Shown here piece by piece: positions 13,434 through 24,386 of a stretch of DNA of 64,000 nt. The notes beneath the pieces are model-generated. The model did no database searches and was not told where the DNA came from. It saw only the letters and a list, made by a program, of their open reading frames with translations. The stretch comes from Rebecca billardiae RCC1528 (Eukaryota; Protista; Haptophyta). The stretch spans positions 3,038,001-3,102,000 of the forward strand of contig OZ251227.1 of assembly GCA_965240325.2 (NCBI GenBank), in the 5' to 3' direction. A program made the position numbers and the translations under genes. Each line of letters begins with the position of its first letter. Position 1 is the stretch's first letter.

Positions 13434-15015
13434 ATGGCTCGCAGGAACTCGACGTTCGTCAACACCGTCTCCAGGCCGCCCAAGTGCGTCGCCTTCCTCA
13501 CGGCGGGCGGTATTGCGCCGTGCCTCTCGTCGTCGCTCGCCTACCTGATCGACGAGTACACGCGCATCTCGCCGTCGACCAAGTGCGCGCGCATGCTCCA
13601 CTCCACGCCCTCCCCACCGCCCGCGCGCGCGCGCACGCCACGCTGCGCCCGCGCGCACCTGGCGCGCGCGCGCGCGCGCGCGCGCCTGACGCGCTCGCGC
13701 GCGCGCCGTCGGCCCGCCCGCAGGCTGATCGCGTACCGCTGCGGGTACCAGGGCCTGCTGCTCGGCGAGTCGGTGGAGATCACGCAGAACATCCGCGCGC
13801 AGATCAACACGCTGCACATGTACGGCGGCTCGCCCATCGGCAACTCGCGCGTGAAGCTGACCAACGTGAAGGACTGCGTGAAGCGCGGCCTCGTACAGGA
13901 GGGCGACGACCCGCAGAAGGTGGCGGCGGATCAGCTGGTGAAGGACGGCGTGGACGTGCTGCACACGATCGGCGGGGACGACACGAGCACGGCCGCCGCC
14001 GCGCTCGCCGACTTCCTCAAGAGCAACGGCTACGGCCTCTGCGTGATCGGCCTGCCGAAGACGATCGACAACGACATCGTGCCGGTCAAGCAGTCGCTCG
14101 GCGCGCTCACCGCCGCCGAGCAGGGCGGGCGGTTCTTCGCGAACGTGGTGGCGGAGTCGACGGCGAACCCGCGGATGTTCATCGTGCACGAGGTGATGGG
14201 CCGCGACTGCGGCTGGCTCACCGCCGCCACCGCGCGCGCGTACGAGCGCCACCTGCAGCGGTACGCGGTCCTGCCTGAGCTGTTTGTCGACAGCAACCGG
14301 CTCGGGCTGCACGCGGTGTACATCCCGGAGCTCGCCTTCGACTTCGAGGCGGAGGCGGCGCGGCTGAAGCAGGTGATGGACGAGACGGACTGCGTGAACA
14401 TCTTCATCTCCGAGGGTGCGCGCGCCGCGAGCGCGCGCGCGCACCGCCGCGCCGCGAGCGCGCCCCACGCGCCTCACGCGCCGCCGCCGCCGCCGCGCGC
14501 CGCCGCCGCGCCGCCGCGCTCCGGTGGCCGCAGGCGCGTGCGTCGACACCGTCGTGCGCGAGCTCGAGGCCAAGGGCGAGACGGTGCCGAAGGACGCGTT
14601 CGGCCACTACAAGCTCGACGCGGTGAACGTGGGCAAGTGGTTCGCCGACCAGTTCGCCGCCAAGATCGGCGCGGAGAAGACCCTCGTGCAGAAGTCCGGC
14701 TACTACTCGCGCGCGGCGCCGGCCAACGAGGCGGACCGCGCGCTCATCCGCGAGATGTGCGAGCTGGCTGTGCGCTGCGCGCTGACGAAGACGTCGGGGC
14801 TGATCGGCCACGACGAGGAGCGGAAGGACAAGCTGCGCCCGATCGAGTTCGCGCGCATCAAGGGCGGCAAGGCCTTCGACGTGCACACCGACTGGTTCGT
14901 CGAGCTGCTCCAGGACATCGGGCAGCCGCCGCCGAGTGGCTCGCCCGCGGGCATCGGCGCGGCCGTCTCGGCGATCGGCAAGCAGATCGGCGGGCTGTTC
15001 AACCAGAACGCATGA
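13434..15015 (+). CDS. pfp: Pyrophosphate-dependent phosphofructokinase (PPi-PFK), 3 exons: 13434-13582, 13724-14415, 14534-15015
   Basis: Motifs LTAGGIAPCLS, GGSPIGNSRVKLTN, TIGGDDT (the GGDD PPi signature), PKTIDND, EVMGRDCGWLTA and QKSGY. GT-AG introns at 13583-13723 and 14416-14533 give a continuous frame. Confidence 0.93.
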
Positions 15016-15526
15016 TGGGCGCGGCCGAGCCAGCGCCGCGCGCGCGCGCGCACGGCGCTCCCTACACTCGACCGAACCGTCGCTGATGCTCGTACCCCTC
15101 GCGTCGGCAACTGACGACAGCAGCGTCCAGCGGCGCAACCCATCCACGGTCGCGCGCAGCGTCGGCGCGATCCTCATCCTGCGGCAATTGCCGGGCCGCA
15201 CTCTCGTAACTCTGCGCGCGCTCCGACGAGGATGCAGGTAGTACCTTCCCCCGTCCCCGGAGACTGAAGCCGCCGCGCCTCGGACTAGTTCCCAAACCCC
15301 GTAGTTACGTCCACGCCGCCACCGCCCGGGGCGCAATACCAAGCAGCTGTGATGGTCCAACCCGGAGACGACTCTCGCGACACATGCAGGCCATAGCTCG
15401 TAGTTATAGTCTCGGACTAAGCTACCGTAGTACTAAGTACTTGTACCCAGTCCGGACGTCCCGTCAGGCGGTCGGCGGAATGTCAAAGCGATTTCGACGA
15501 GCCGGCCATCGTGACATATCGTCGCG

Positions 15527-17620
15527 ATGTTGTTGGCCGCCTGTCGGCACGCGCGACGCCGGCGTGCTCCGGCAGCGTGGCTTCTTGGCGCGGGCAGCGG
15601 GCTCGCCGGCCGGCGGTGGTGCCCGCTCTCGAGCTCATCGGTCACCCTGCGCGACTACCAGCGGCGGGACGCCGCGTTACTGCTCGAGGCCGTGCGGCGC
15701 GGAGAGAGCACAGTGTACGTGCTGCCGACGGGCGCGGGGAAGACCGTGATCGTCGCGGAGCTCGTCCGCCAGCTCGAGGCGGAGCAGAAGCGCACGCTGA
15801 TGCTTGTGCATCGCGACGAGATCTTCCGCCAGACGCTCGAGAAGCTCGACGCGGCGGGCGTGCGCCCGATGCTCATCCAGGCGGGCGCGCGGCTCGGGCC
15901 AGCCAGCGCGGCCGACGGCGGCGGCGAGGACGACGCGGCATCTGCAGCGCCGCCGCTGACGACGCTCGCCATGGTCCAGACGGTGAGCAGGCGGCTCGGC
16001 TTCCTGCAGGCGCGCCGCTTCGACTGCGTGATCATCGACGAGGCGCACCACGTCACCGCGGGCTCGTATGCCAAGGTGCTCGATGCGACGGACGCGGCGT
16101 GCGATATCGGCATCACCGCCACGCCGTTCAGGCTCGACGGCAAGGGCCTCGGCGAGTTCTTCAGGAAGGTGGTGCGCGGCCCGACGATGAGCGAGCTCAT
16201 CCAGCAGGGCCACCTCGTGCCCCTGCGCTACGTCACGCACACGCTCATCTCGACGGAGGGCGTGCGCGTGGAGCGCGGCGACTACGCAGTGCAGCAGCTG
16301 TCCCGCAACGCGCGCTTCGCGACCGAGAAGGTGGTGCAGGAGACGCTGCGGCACCTGGAGAGGCGGGACGAGGCGGGCGCGCTCACGCTCGCGCAGCCGA
16401 CGCTCGTCTTCGGCGTCGACCTCGAGCACGCGCGCGACCTGTGCGCCGCGTTCGCCCGCGAGGGCGTCGCGGCTGAGCACGTAGACGGTGCGACGGGCGC
16501 GGACGAGCGAAAGGCGATGATGGAGCGGTTCGCGCGCGGCGAGCTGCAGATGCTCACGAACTGCATGATCGCGACGGAGGGCTTCGACGCGCCCAGCTGC
16601 GGCGCCGTCGTGCTCGCGCGGCCCACCAAGAGCCGCGGCCTCTTCCTCCAGATGACCGGGCGCGGGCTGCGCCCCGCCCCCGCCAAGGCGGAGTGCCTTT
16701 TTCTCGACTTTGCCGGGCTGGTCGAGGCGCACGGCCTGCCCACCGACCCGCTGGACTTCACGCTCGAGGACGGGCTGGTCCGCGACGAGCCCGGCGCGAA
16801 GGAGCTCTCCGGGGGCGGGGTCGAGCCCGACAGCGTGCAACTCTTCCACGAGTCCGTCGACCTCGTCTGGACGTACATGTCCGTCACACTGCGCCGCGTG
16901 AGCCACGGCGGCGGCGCCGAGCCCCCGCCCGAGCCAGGCAGCGCGCGGCTGCAGCTGTCGTGGGTGGACCGAGGCGAGCGGTTCAGCGCGCTGCTCGACA
17001 CGGCGCTCGAGCTGCCGTCCGAGCCGCTGCTCACCGTCCTCGTCACGTGGCAGTCGAGGGCGGCCGAGGACGGCGAGCTCGCGGCCGCGCCCGACAGCGC
17101 GGCGCACCCGTCGTTCAACGTCGCGCTCTTCAGCCGGCGCCGCGCCTTCCTGCCCAAGCTGGGCGGCGGCAAGGGCGAGGCGGGGCGCGCGCCCACGCCC
17201 ACGGCCAAGGCGTACGCGCTGTGGGTCGAGGCGCTCGTCACGCTGCTCGCCGAGCCGGGCGGCAGCCAGGTGCGCGACCACTTCCGCAACCTCGTGAACA
17301 TACAGACCGCCAAGGGGTACAAGCCCGGCTGGGTGTGGTACCAGCTTGTGCCTCGGTGGGGCGCGGACACGCTCGAGGGGATGGGCTACGGGTACGAGGA
17401 GTGGCTGCAGGCGGACAGCGCCAGCTCACGCCGGCGGGGAGGGTGGGGAGGCAATAAGGAGCGCGCCGTCAGGGTGATCAGGCTGCCCGAGCAGTGGGGC
17501 GACGCCCCCGGGCGGCAGCCTAAGTTACGGGCCGGAGCGCGGTCACTGAGGCCCCGCCCGAGCCGGGGACGGGGTCCGGCGGGCCGTGCCCATGGGCAGC
17601 GGCCGTGGCACGGCTGCTGA
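15527..17620 (+). CDS. SF2 DEAH-type helicase of the Irc3/RadD(YejH) family, probable organellar targeting peptide
   Basis: Motifs LRDYQ, LPTGAGKT, IIDEAHH, GITATPFRLDG, TEGFDAP, ARPTKS..LFLQMTGRGLR, LDF. The N-terminus is Arg/Ser/Ala-rich. Confidence 0.88.
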   Translation: MLLAACRHARRRRAPAAWLLGAGSGLAGRRWCPLSSSSVTLRDYQRRDAALLLEAVRRGESTVYVLPTGAGKTVIVAELVRQLEAEQKRTLMLVHRDEIFRQTLEKLDAAGVRPMLIQAGARLGPASAADGGGEDDAASAAPPLTTLAMVQTVSRRLGFLQARRFDCVIIDEAHHVTAGSYAKVLDATDAACDIGITATPFRLDGKGLGEFFRKVVRGPTMSELIQQGHLVPLRYVTHTLISTEGVRVERGDYAVQQLSRNARFATEKVVQETLRHLERRDEAGALTLAQPTLVFGVDLEHARDLCAAFAREGVAAEHVDGATGADERKAMMERFARGELQMLTNCMIATEGFDAPSCGAVVLARPTKSRGLFLQMTGRGLRPAPAKAECLFLDFAGLVEAHGLPTDPLDFTLEDGLVRDEPGAKELSGGGVEPDSVQLFHESVDLVWTYMSVTLRRVSHGGGAEPPPEPGSARLQLSWVDRGERFSALLDTALELPSEPLLTVLVTWQSRAAEDGELAAAPDSAAHPSFNVALFSRRRAFLPKLGGGKGEAGRAPTPTAKAYALWVEALVTLLAEPGGSQVRDHFRNLVNIQTAKGYKPGWVWYQLVPRWGADTLEGMGYGYEEWLQADSASSRRRGGWGGNKERAVRVIRLPEQWGDAPGRQPKLRAGARSLRPRPSRGRGPAGRAHGQRPWHGC

Positions 17621-17844
17621 CACTGCGGCAGCGGCCAGAACGGAGGAGGGTGAACTGAATGGTCGTCGGATGAGTCATCATTCCTGAGCCAACCTGGGAG
17701 TCCCTTGCGGCCTTGCCTGAGCCGAGGTGTCGCGTACGCCGCGACTGCGACCGTCCCGGCTCGCCGGCCGCCCCCGGTCCGAAGATACGCGCGGAGGAAA
17801 CTTCCGGACACGCGGACTTCCGCCAAAGCCGCGTGCAGTGCAGC

Positions 17845-19862
17845 ATGGCGGCTGCCACTTCCCTTCCGGGGGCTTTGGCCTCCTTGCACGAGTACGACGA
17901 CGACGACGACGGCGATGACGCGAGCGGCGACGCGGGGGCGGCGGATGCGAGCGCAGCCGCGGCGCCTGACCCTGCGAGCGCCGCCCCGGAGCTCGCGCCC
18001 AACGCAAAGATGTTTGCGGTGCAGAGCGCGCCGGACGTGGACGTGGCGTTCGAGGTGCGCGCCGCCGCGCCGCCGCCGCCGACCCCGCGCGCGCCCTCGC
18101 GGCGCGTCGCGCGTCACGCGTGGCCCCACGCCGCCCCTCCGCTTTCCCGCCCGCAGAAGGAGCGCCGTCGCGAGTACCCCATCGTCTCGAGCGCGGCGAC
18201 CACGGTGTTCCACAACCCGCGGTACGAAGACCTGTACGCGCCCGAGCAGGGGCCGCAGGCGCCCGACCGGATGCGGCTGACGGGGCGGACGGTGGGCGGG
18301 CGGAACCACCACATGGGCTCGATCGAGCAGACCAACGTGCACCAGCACACCTTCGACGAGCAGTTCCACACGTTTGGCAAGCTCGGCGTCGCCGCCAACC
18401 CGAGCGCGGGCGCGGCGAGCGGCCTCGTCGGCGACGCGTCCAAGCTGGGGCAGCTGCGCGGGCAGGAGCCGAGCGTGTACGCCGTGAAGGCGCCGCTCGA
18501 GGGCGCGCGCGTGCGCGACGACGCCGCCGTCGCGCCGCGCAAGCGCCTGCGCGCCGACGACCCGTACGCGCCGCTCGACTTCCCGCTCTCGCGCGACGAC
18601 TCCGAGCAGCTCAAGCTGAGCGCGGAGGAGCAGAAGATCGTGGACGAGCGGGCGAAGGAGCGGGCGGCGGCGAAGGCGAAGGCGGACGAGAACGCGCCGG
18701 TCGAGGAGACCTCGATCTTCCACGGCACCGCGCTCACCGACTACCAGGGCCGCACGTACATGCACGCGCCCGCCGAGGTGCGCTCGGCGCGCGGCGAGCA
18801 CGAGTGCTTCATCCCGCGCCAGCTCGCGCACACCTACTCGGGGCACACCAAGGGGGTGGCGGCGATCCGGCTGCTGCCCGAGACGGGGCACCTGCTGCTC
18901 TCGGCGGGGATGGACAGCAAGGTCAAGCTGTGGGACGTGTGCAACGCGCGCAAGTGCCTGCGCACCTTCCTCGGCCACGGCGCGGCCGTGCGAGACATCT
19001 GCTTCTCCAACGACGGCCGGCGCTTCCTCTCGTGTTCGTACGACCGTTTCGTCAAGCTGTGGGACACGGAGACGGGGCAGTGCCTCGGCGCGTACACGAC
19101 GAAGAAGCTGCCGTACTGCGTCAAGTTCCACCCCGACGAGGACAAGCAGAACATCTTCCTCGTCGGCCAGGCCGACAAGCAGGTCGTGCAGTGGGACCAG
19201 ACGTCGGGCGAGCCGGTGCAGTTCTACAATCAGCACCTGGGCGCGGTCAACACCGTCACCTTCTGCGACGGGAACCGGCGCTTCGTGAGCACGGCGGACG
19301 ACAAGCGCGTGCTCGTGTGGGAGTACGGCATCCCCGTGCCCATCAAGCACATCTCCGAGCCGCACATGCACTCGATCCCCTTCGTGGCCGTGCACCCGAA
19401 CGGTGCGCCGCCGCCGCCGAGCGCGCGCCGCGCGCGCGCGCGCGCTGCCGCCCCCCTCCGCGCGCGGCCCGCTCACGCCCGCGCCGCCCGCGGTCCGCCT
19501 CCCGCCCGCGCCCGCTGGCGCGCCATCGCCGCCGCGCAGAGAAGTGGCTGCTCGGCCAGTCGCTCGACAACCAGATCGTCGTGTACGGCGTGCACAACCG
19601 CTTCAGGCAGCACAACAAGAAGCTCTTCAAGGGCCACACGAACGCGGGCTACGCGTGCCAGGTCGGCATGACGCCCGACGGCCAGTTCGTGCTCTCGGGC
19701 GACGCGGACGGCAAGGTGTACTTCTGGGACTGGAAGTCGACCAAGATCTTCCGCAAGCTCAAGTGCCACGATGGCGTGTGCATCGGCGCCGCCTTCCACC
19801 CGGTCTTCCCCAGCCAGATGGCGACGTGTGGATGGGACGGAACGATCAAGCTGTGGGAATAG
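17845..19862 (+). CDS. CDC40: Pre-mRNA-processing factor 17 (WD40), 3 exons: 17845-18054, 18157-19402, 19540-19862
   Basis: Motifs [86 protein letters not shown] introns at 18055-18156 and 19403-19539. Confidence 0.95.
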
Positions 19863-20980
19863 CGGCGCGCCGCCGCCCGTGCCGCGCGGCGCACGAATCC
19901 GAATTGATGAGGATGACCGTAGTGGCACGGTCGTCGACTGACGTTGACTCAGTCGAAACTGCTGCGCTGATCCGCTTTGCTGCTTAAGCAATAATAATGA
20001 GGGCGCCGCAGCACCATATGCATGCGTGCGGTGATGACTAGCAATTCAAGCTTGATCAGCGGCATCAATATCATCATCGCAATTATAATATATCTGAGCC
20101 AATATCGAATATGCGCTGACAGTAGTAGCAGATGATCGTCCGGATCGATCGGTGACGACTACAGACTTTATTGCGCGCCGCGCGATTGATCGATCACGCG
20201 CGGCCGCCGGATCATAGTCGTATATCGCGTGATGCCGGCAGCTCACAATCATCGTCTGAGCACCGCACCGCGGGCGGCAGCATTCGTCGTCAGCATGCGA
20301 TATCATCGTCGCATCATCATCAGACATCATGATCGTCGGCATGATGGCATCCGGCGATCCGCGCGCATTAGGCTGCGTGGGGCCCCGCCGATTTACACGG
20401 CGGATATTAACATGTTTGACAGCGGCGCTCTGCTGATGCCGGCGGTCCGCCGTCGTTGGCGTCATCATCGTCACGGGCGCACTGCCATCGCCGTCGGCGC
20501 GTCGCGTCATCGTCCGGATAACGTCAAGTCCCTGAAGCCTGACACACTTTTCCTGACGACTCCGCGCCCGTTACCATCGGATGTGTTTATCATCGGAATC
20601 GCCCAGCTATAACGGAGCGGCGGCGTCAGAACTCGGTCGTCGTTCGGTTGCACGGCAGCAGTCTTAGTATAGGAACTAGCTAGCAGAGTCGTGGCAAGCT
20701 ATATTATTGCAATGACGACCAGCACTGCATAACGAGTAGCGTATAATCAAATTCAGTTCGAGTCGTAGAGTAGACGACGATGACTACATTATTGATCCTG
20801 ACGGATCGCACGATGAACTCATGTTGATGAGTCAGTCAGCAGTGACGAAGTCGTCAGCTGTCAGAATATCAGATCGAGGATCGCGATGATCTGCGCATAT
20901 CATACTACTGACGACACGCGACTGTACTACTAGTACGTAGTGCATGATGACATCGCGACGATGACGACGACATATATATT

Positions 20981-21020
<40 letters not shown>

Positions 21021-21216
21021 CATGATCGCGAATAATGTGTGACTGAGATCATCGAGTCATCATATCTGATATTGATAAGTGATATATGTGATACAGAGTA
21101 CCGGACTCGGGCAGCCGTGATCGGCGGCGCTAGCAGAGTGTCGTTACAGTGAGCCAGGCCCTCGCGCCCGTGCCACGCCCGACGCCGCCGCGCTCATCAG
21201 ACAGGCGTCACAGCGC

Positions 21217-22794
21217 TCAACTGCCGCCCGAGAACCACGCGCCCTTCATCGCCTTCTTGGACTTCTTCTCGTACGCCGCGCCCGAGGCCATGGCCGAGCG
21301 CTGCACCATGTGCGTCTGCATGGCCATCTTCGTGCCGCGCCGCCCCTCCGCGCGGTACATCTGCTCGTTCTGGTACTTGTCCGAGATCTCCTCGAGCTCC
21401 TGCGCGAGCGACGCGCACAGCTCGGCGTCGGCGACGGGCGACTCCTTGAGCTGCTGCTGCGCGGCCTTGAGCAGCTCGCGGCCCGCGTCCAGCCGGCCCT
21501 CGTCCGCCATCTTGGTCGCGGCGTCGAGCGCCTCGGCGGCGGCGATGCGGTTGCGCTGCACCTCGAGCGCGCTGTTCGGCGCCTGCTCCGCCGGCGCCGC
21601 CTCGGGCCGCGCGAGCGCGAGCGTGGCCTCCACGGTCGCGAACGCGCCGCGCGGGACGTCAAAGTAGCGCAGCGAGAGGCGCACGTGCTCGCGCGCCTCG
21701 TCGTGCTGCGCGCCGCCGCTGAGCGCGGGGACGCCGACGGCGCAGAGCAGGTCCTTCTCGTCCTCGGCGTACAGGTCGCCCAGCTTGACCACGAGCTCCG
21801 AGCCGTCGGCCTTCAGCTCGTGCGCGTACCCCGAGCTGCCGAGCAGCCGCTCGATGCGCACGCCCGGCGCGGTGGGCGCGATGCGCAGCTCCGCGTTCTG
21901 CGCGACCACCGAGACGAGGCCGCCGAGCGCGTCGGCGAAGGCGACGGGGATCTCCTCCGCGCTCTTGGTGAAGAAGTACTGCCCGCCCGGCGCCGCCTCC
22001 GACAGCGCGCGCAGCATGTCCTCGTTGTGCTCCGAGCCGAAGCCGAAGGTGAAGATGGCGCAGCCGCTGCCGATCGCGGGCAGCGCCTGCTTGGCCGCGG
22101 CGACGATGCGCGGCGTGTCGGTGATGCCGAGGTTGGCCATGCCGTCGGTGAAGAGGATGATCGAGCGGGTCACCCCGCCCGCCGCGCTCGCGCTTGCGCC
22201 CCCGCGCCAACCCCGCCCCTTGGCGCGCTGCGCCACCATGTCGAGGCCCTGCAGCAGCCCGCCCGAGAGGTTGGTCTGCCCCTTGGTGTGGAGCGCGTCC
22301 ACGACGCGCTGCGCGTCCTTCTTGCCGCGCGCGTCCATCTGCGTGAGCTTCAGGTCGACGTCGACATCCGAGGCGAACGTGACGATGCCGAGAGAGTCGC
22401 CCGCCTGCAGCCCCTTCTGCACGACGAACGAGAGCGCCTCCTTCATCAGCGACATCTTGGCGCCCGCCATCGAGCCAGAGACGTCGACCACGGCGACCAC
22501 CTCGAGCGGGGTGCGCGTCGCGCCGTCGGCGGCGGGCGGGAGCTCGCCGGCGCGAACGGAGGCCATCGTGATCAGCGACGACGCGGTCTTGGCCTCGATG
22601 GCGCCCACCTCGCCGCTCGCGGTGAGCGCGACGATCTCGGCGCCCGCGGCGCTCGCGCTCGGCGCGTTGGATGGCTGGGCGGGCGGGCCCCCGTCGGCGG
22701 GCGGCGCGGGCGGTGTGGTGGCGGGTGCTGCGGCCGAGCGGGCGTCCTCAGAGGTCGATGATCCACGGAGGCGGAGGCCGAGAGCGTTCAGCAT
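21217..22794 (-). CDS. von Willebrand factor A domain protein with C-terminal Vwaint-like helical region
   Basis: MIDAS motif VVDVSGSM, plus GQTNLSGGL, ILFTDGMAN, FTFGFGSEHN and GDLYAEDEKD. The C-terminus reads QRNR..AEAL..A...THMVQRS. Confidence 0.88.
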   Translation of the reverse strand: MLNALGLRLRGSSTSEDARSAAAPATTPPAPPADGGPPAQPSNAPSASAAGAEIVALTASGEVGAIEAKTASSLITMASVRAGELPPAADGATRTPLEVVAVVDVSGSMAGAKMSLMKEALSFVVQKGLQAGDSLGIVTFASDVDVDLKLTQMDARGKKDAQRVVDALHTKGQTNLSGGLLQGLDMVAQRAKGRGWRGGASASAAGGVTRSIILFTDGMANLGITDTPRIVAAAKQALPAIGSGCAIFTFGFGSEHNEDMLRALSEAAPGGQYFFTKSAEEIPVAFADALGGLVSVVAQNAELRIAPTAPGVRIERLLGSSGYAHELKADGSELVVKLGDLYAEDEKDLLCAVGVPALSGGAQHDEAREHVRLSLRYFDVPRGAFATVEATLALARPEAAPAEQAPNSALEVQRNRIAAAEALDAATKMADEGRLDAGRELLKAAQQQLKESPVADAELCASLAQELEEISDKYQNEQMYRAEGRRGTKMAMQTHMVQRSAMASGAAYEKKSKKAMKGAWFSGGS

Positions 22795-23090
22795 GGCTTG
22801 CGTGTGTGTGGTGGGAGGATGTGCGTGTGGTGGCGAGCGGGTGTTGGACTGCTCACGACTTGTCTTGTCGCTGCGGGCTGGGCAGGCGCGGCCGCGCGGC
22901 CGGAGGCTGGTCGTTGGGACCAGTCCTTGCCTTCGCTGGGGAGTCCGGAGATGCTGAGCCGGATTCAACCGGATGCACACAGCTTCGATCGACACGGGAC
23001 CACTACGTGACGCCACGGGAGCGCGCGCGAGGCGATTTCGGGCGGCAAGTCCCCGGATCGGCGGCCGACGTCCCCAACGGGCGGAGGCTG

Positions 23091-24311
23091 ATGAAGGCGG
23101 ATGGCCATCGTCTCGCCCTCAACGCTTACGCTGCTTTCGCCGCTGTCCTCGCTGTCCACTACGCGGCATGCTTGGACACCACCAATGATGCAGCCTGCTG
23201 GTGGGATGGCGACGCTCAGGCGGGGGCGCGCATCATCGCGCAATCGACCGCCCACTTTCGCGCCCTTGCGGCAGAGGCGGCACAACGAATCGAGTCTACT
23301 TCTTCCAACTCGTCGTCCATCATCAGCGTCGACAGGCCACTGCTTGGCTTCCTCGTCCCAAAGACGGGCAGCAACACCCAGCAAGAGTACATGCTCACCG
23401 CTCTCGCCCTCGATGCCCAGAGCTCTCTCCCTGGCTGCGACAGCCTTTCTCACCGCAGCAAATGCCTGGGCAGCCCGGACCACCAGAGCATGACTTCGTG
23501 CGCCGTGGCTTTCATGACGCCTGATCGTGCCGATGCGCTCGTCACTGCAATCGCCCGTGCCAATTCGCACGCTCCTGTGCAGGGCGCGTGCGCCCGGCGC
23601 GCGTGGCCAGTGCTTCGAGGCGAGGAGCAACTTGGAGAGGAGCAGCTGCTGGCTGCCCTGCAGAGCTCTGTGTGTACGATTGTGTTGCGTGATCCCATTC
23701 GGCAGGCGGTCTCTGGGTTCTACGAGTGGGCGTACATGAAGAAGACGAATCTGACTGCCCCCGAGTACCTGCGCCAGCACGGCGCGCGTGACTTCATCCG
23801 GATGTCGATGGCTGTCTCGGTCTACAGCGCGGCGTACAGCAAGTGGTGGCCACCTGTGTTCACCTCGTGCATCCTTGGTACGACGCACCAGATGGACGAC
23901 TTCCTGGGCACCCTCGGCCGGGTCATTCGCGTCCCTACCACGGCTCGTAGCGTCAAGGTGAGGGCGCGTTCGCCGGTTGGGGTTCATTCAGACGACTGGC
24001 AGGACTTTTACGAGGCATTGTCACCGCATTTGGAGCGCCCCGTCGCGTTGTGGAGGTTTGGCAAGTGCGTGGCTGCAGCGCAGCAGCATGTTGCCAAAGA
24101 GCTACCTGCACTCATCACCACCGGCGAGGCCGACGCCCTTCTGTCTGATCAGTGCTTGCTCTGCACGGAGCGGCGAGGCGGCTGGCGAGCACCGACGTCG
24201 CGTGGCGACCCTTCCAGCTCTCTCGGGTCAAGGTGGGTGCGCTGCCCTCAGGGGAACATTGGCAGACGCGTGTCACCAGGCGACGACTGTCGACGACGGT
24301 ATTGGCATTAA
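23091..24311 (+). CDS. Putative Golgi-type (membrane-anchored) sulfotransferase
   Basis: N-terminal hydrophobic anchor, 5'-PSB-like motif LVPKTGSNT and 3'-PB-like motif IVLRDPIRQAVSGFY. Codon GC is lower than in neighbouring genes. Confidence 0.6.
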   Translation: MKADGHRLALNAYAAFAAVLAVHYAACLDTTNDAACWWDGDAQAGARIIAQSTAHFRALAAEAAQRIESTSSNSSSIISVDRPLLGFLVPKTGSNTQQEYMLTALALDAQSSLPGCDSLSHRSKCLGSPDHQSMTSCAVAFMTPDRADALVTAIARANSHAPVQGACARRAWPVLRGEEQLGEEQLLAALQSSVCTIVLRDPIRQAVSGFYEWAYMKKTNLTAPEYLRQHGARDFIRMSMAVSVYSAAYSKWWPPVFTSCILGTTHQMDDFLGTLGRVIRVPTTARSVKVRARSPVGVHSDDWQDFYEALSPHLERPVALWRFGKCVAAAQQHVAKELPALITTGEADALLSDQCLLCTERRGGWRAPTSRGDPSSSLGSRWVRCPQGNIGRRVSPGDDCRRRYWH

Positions 24312-24386
24312 TAATAATCAATATATATATACATCATAATATTGTATATATTATTAGTCTACTGCTATTTAGTACTAGTAGTAATG

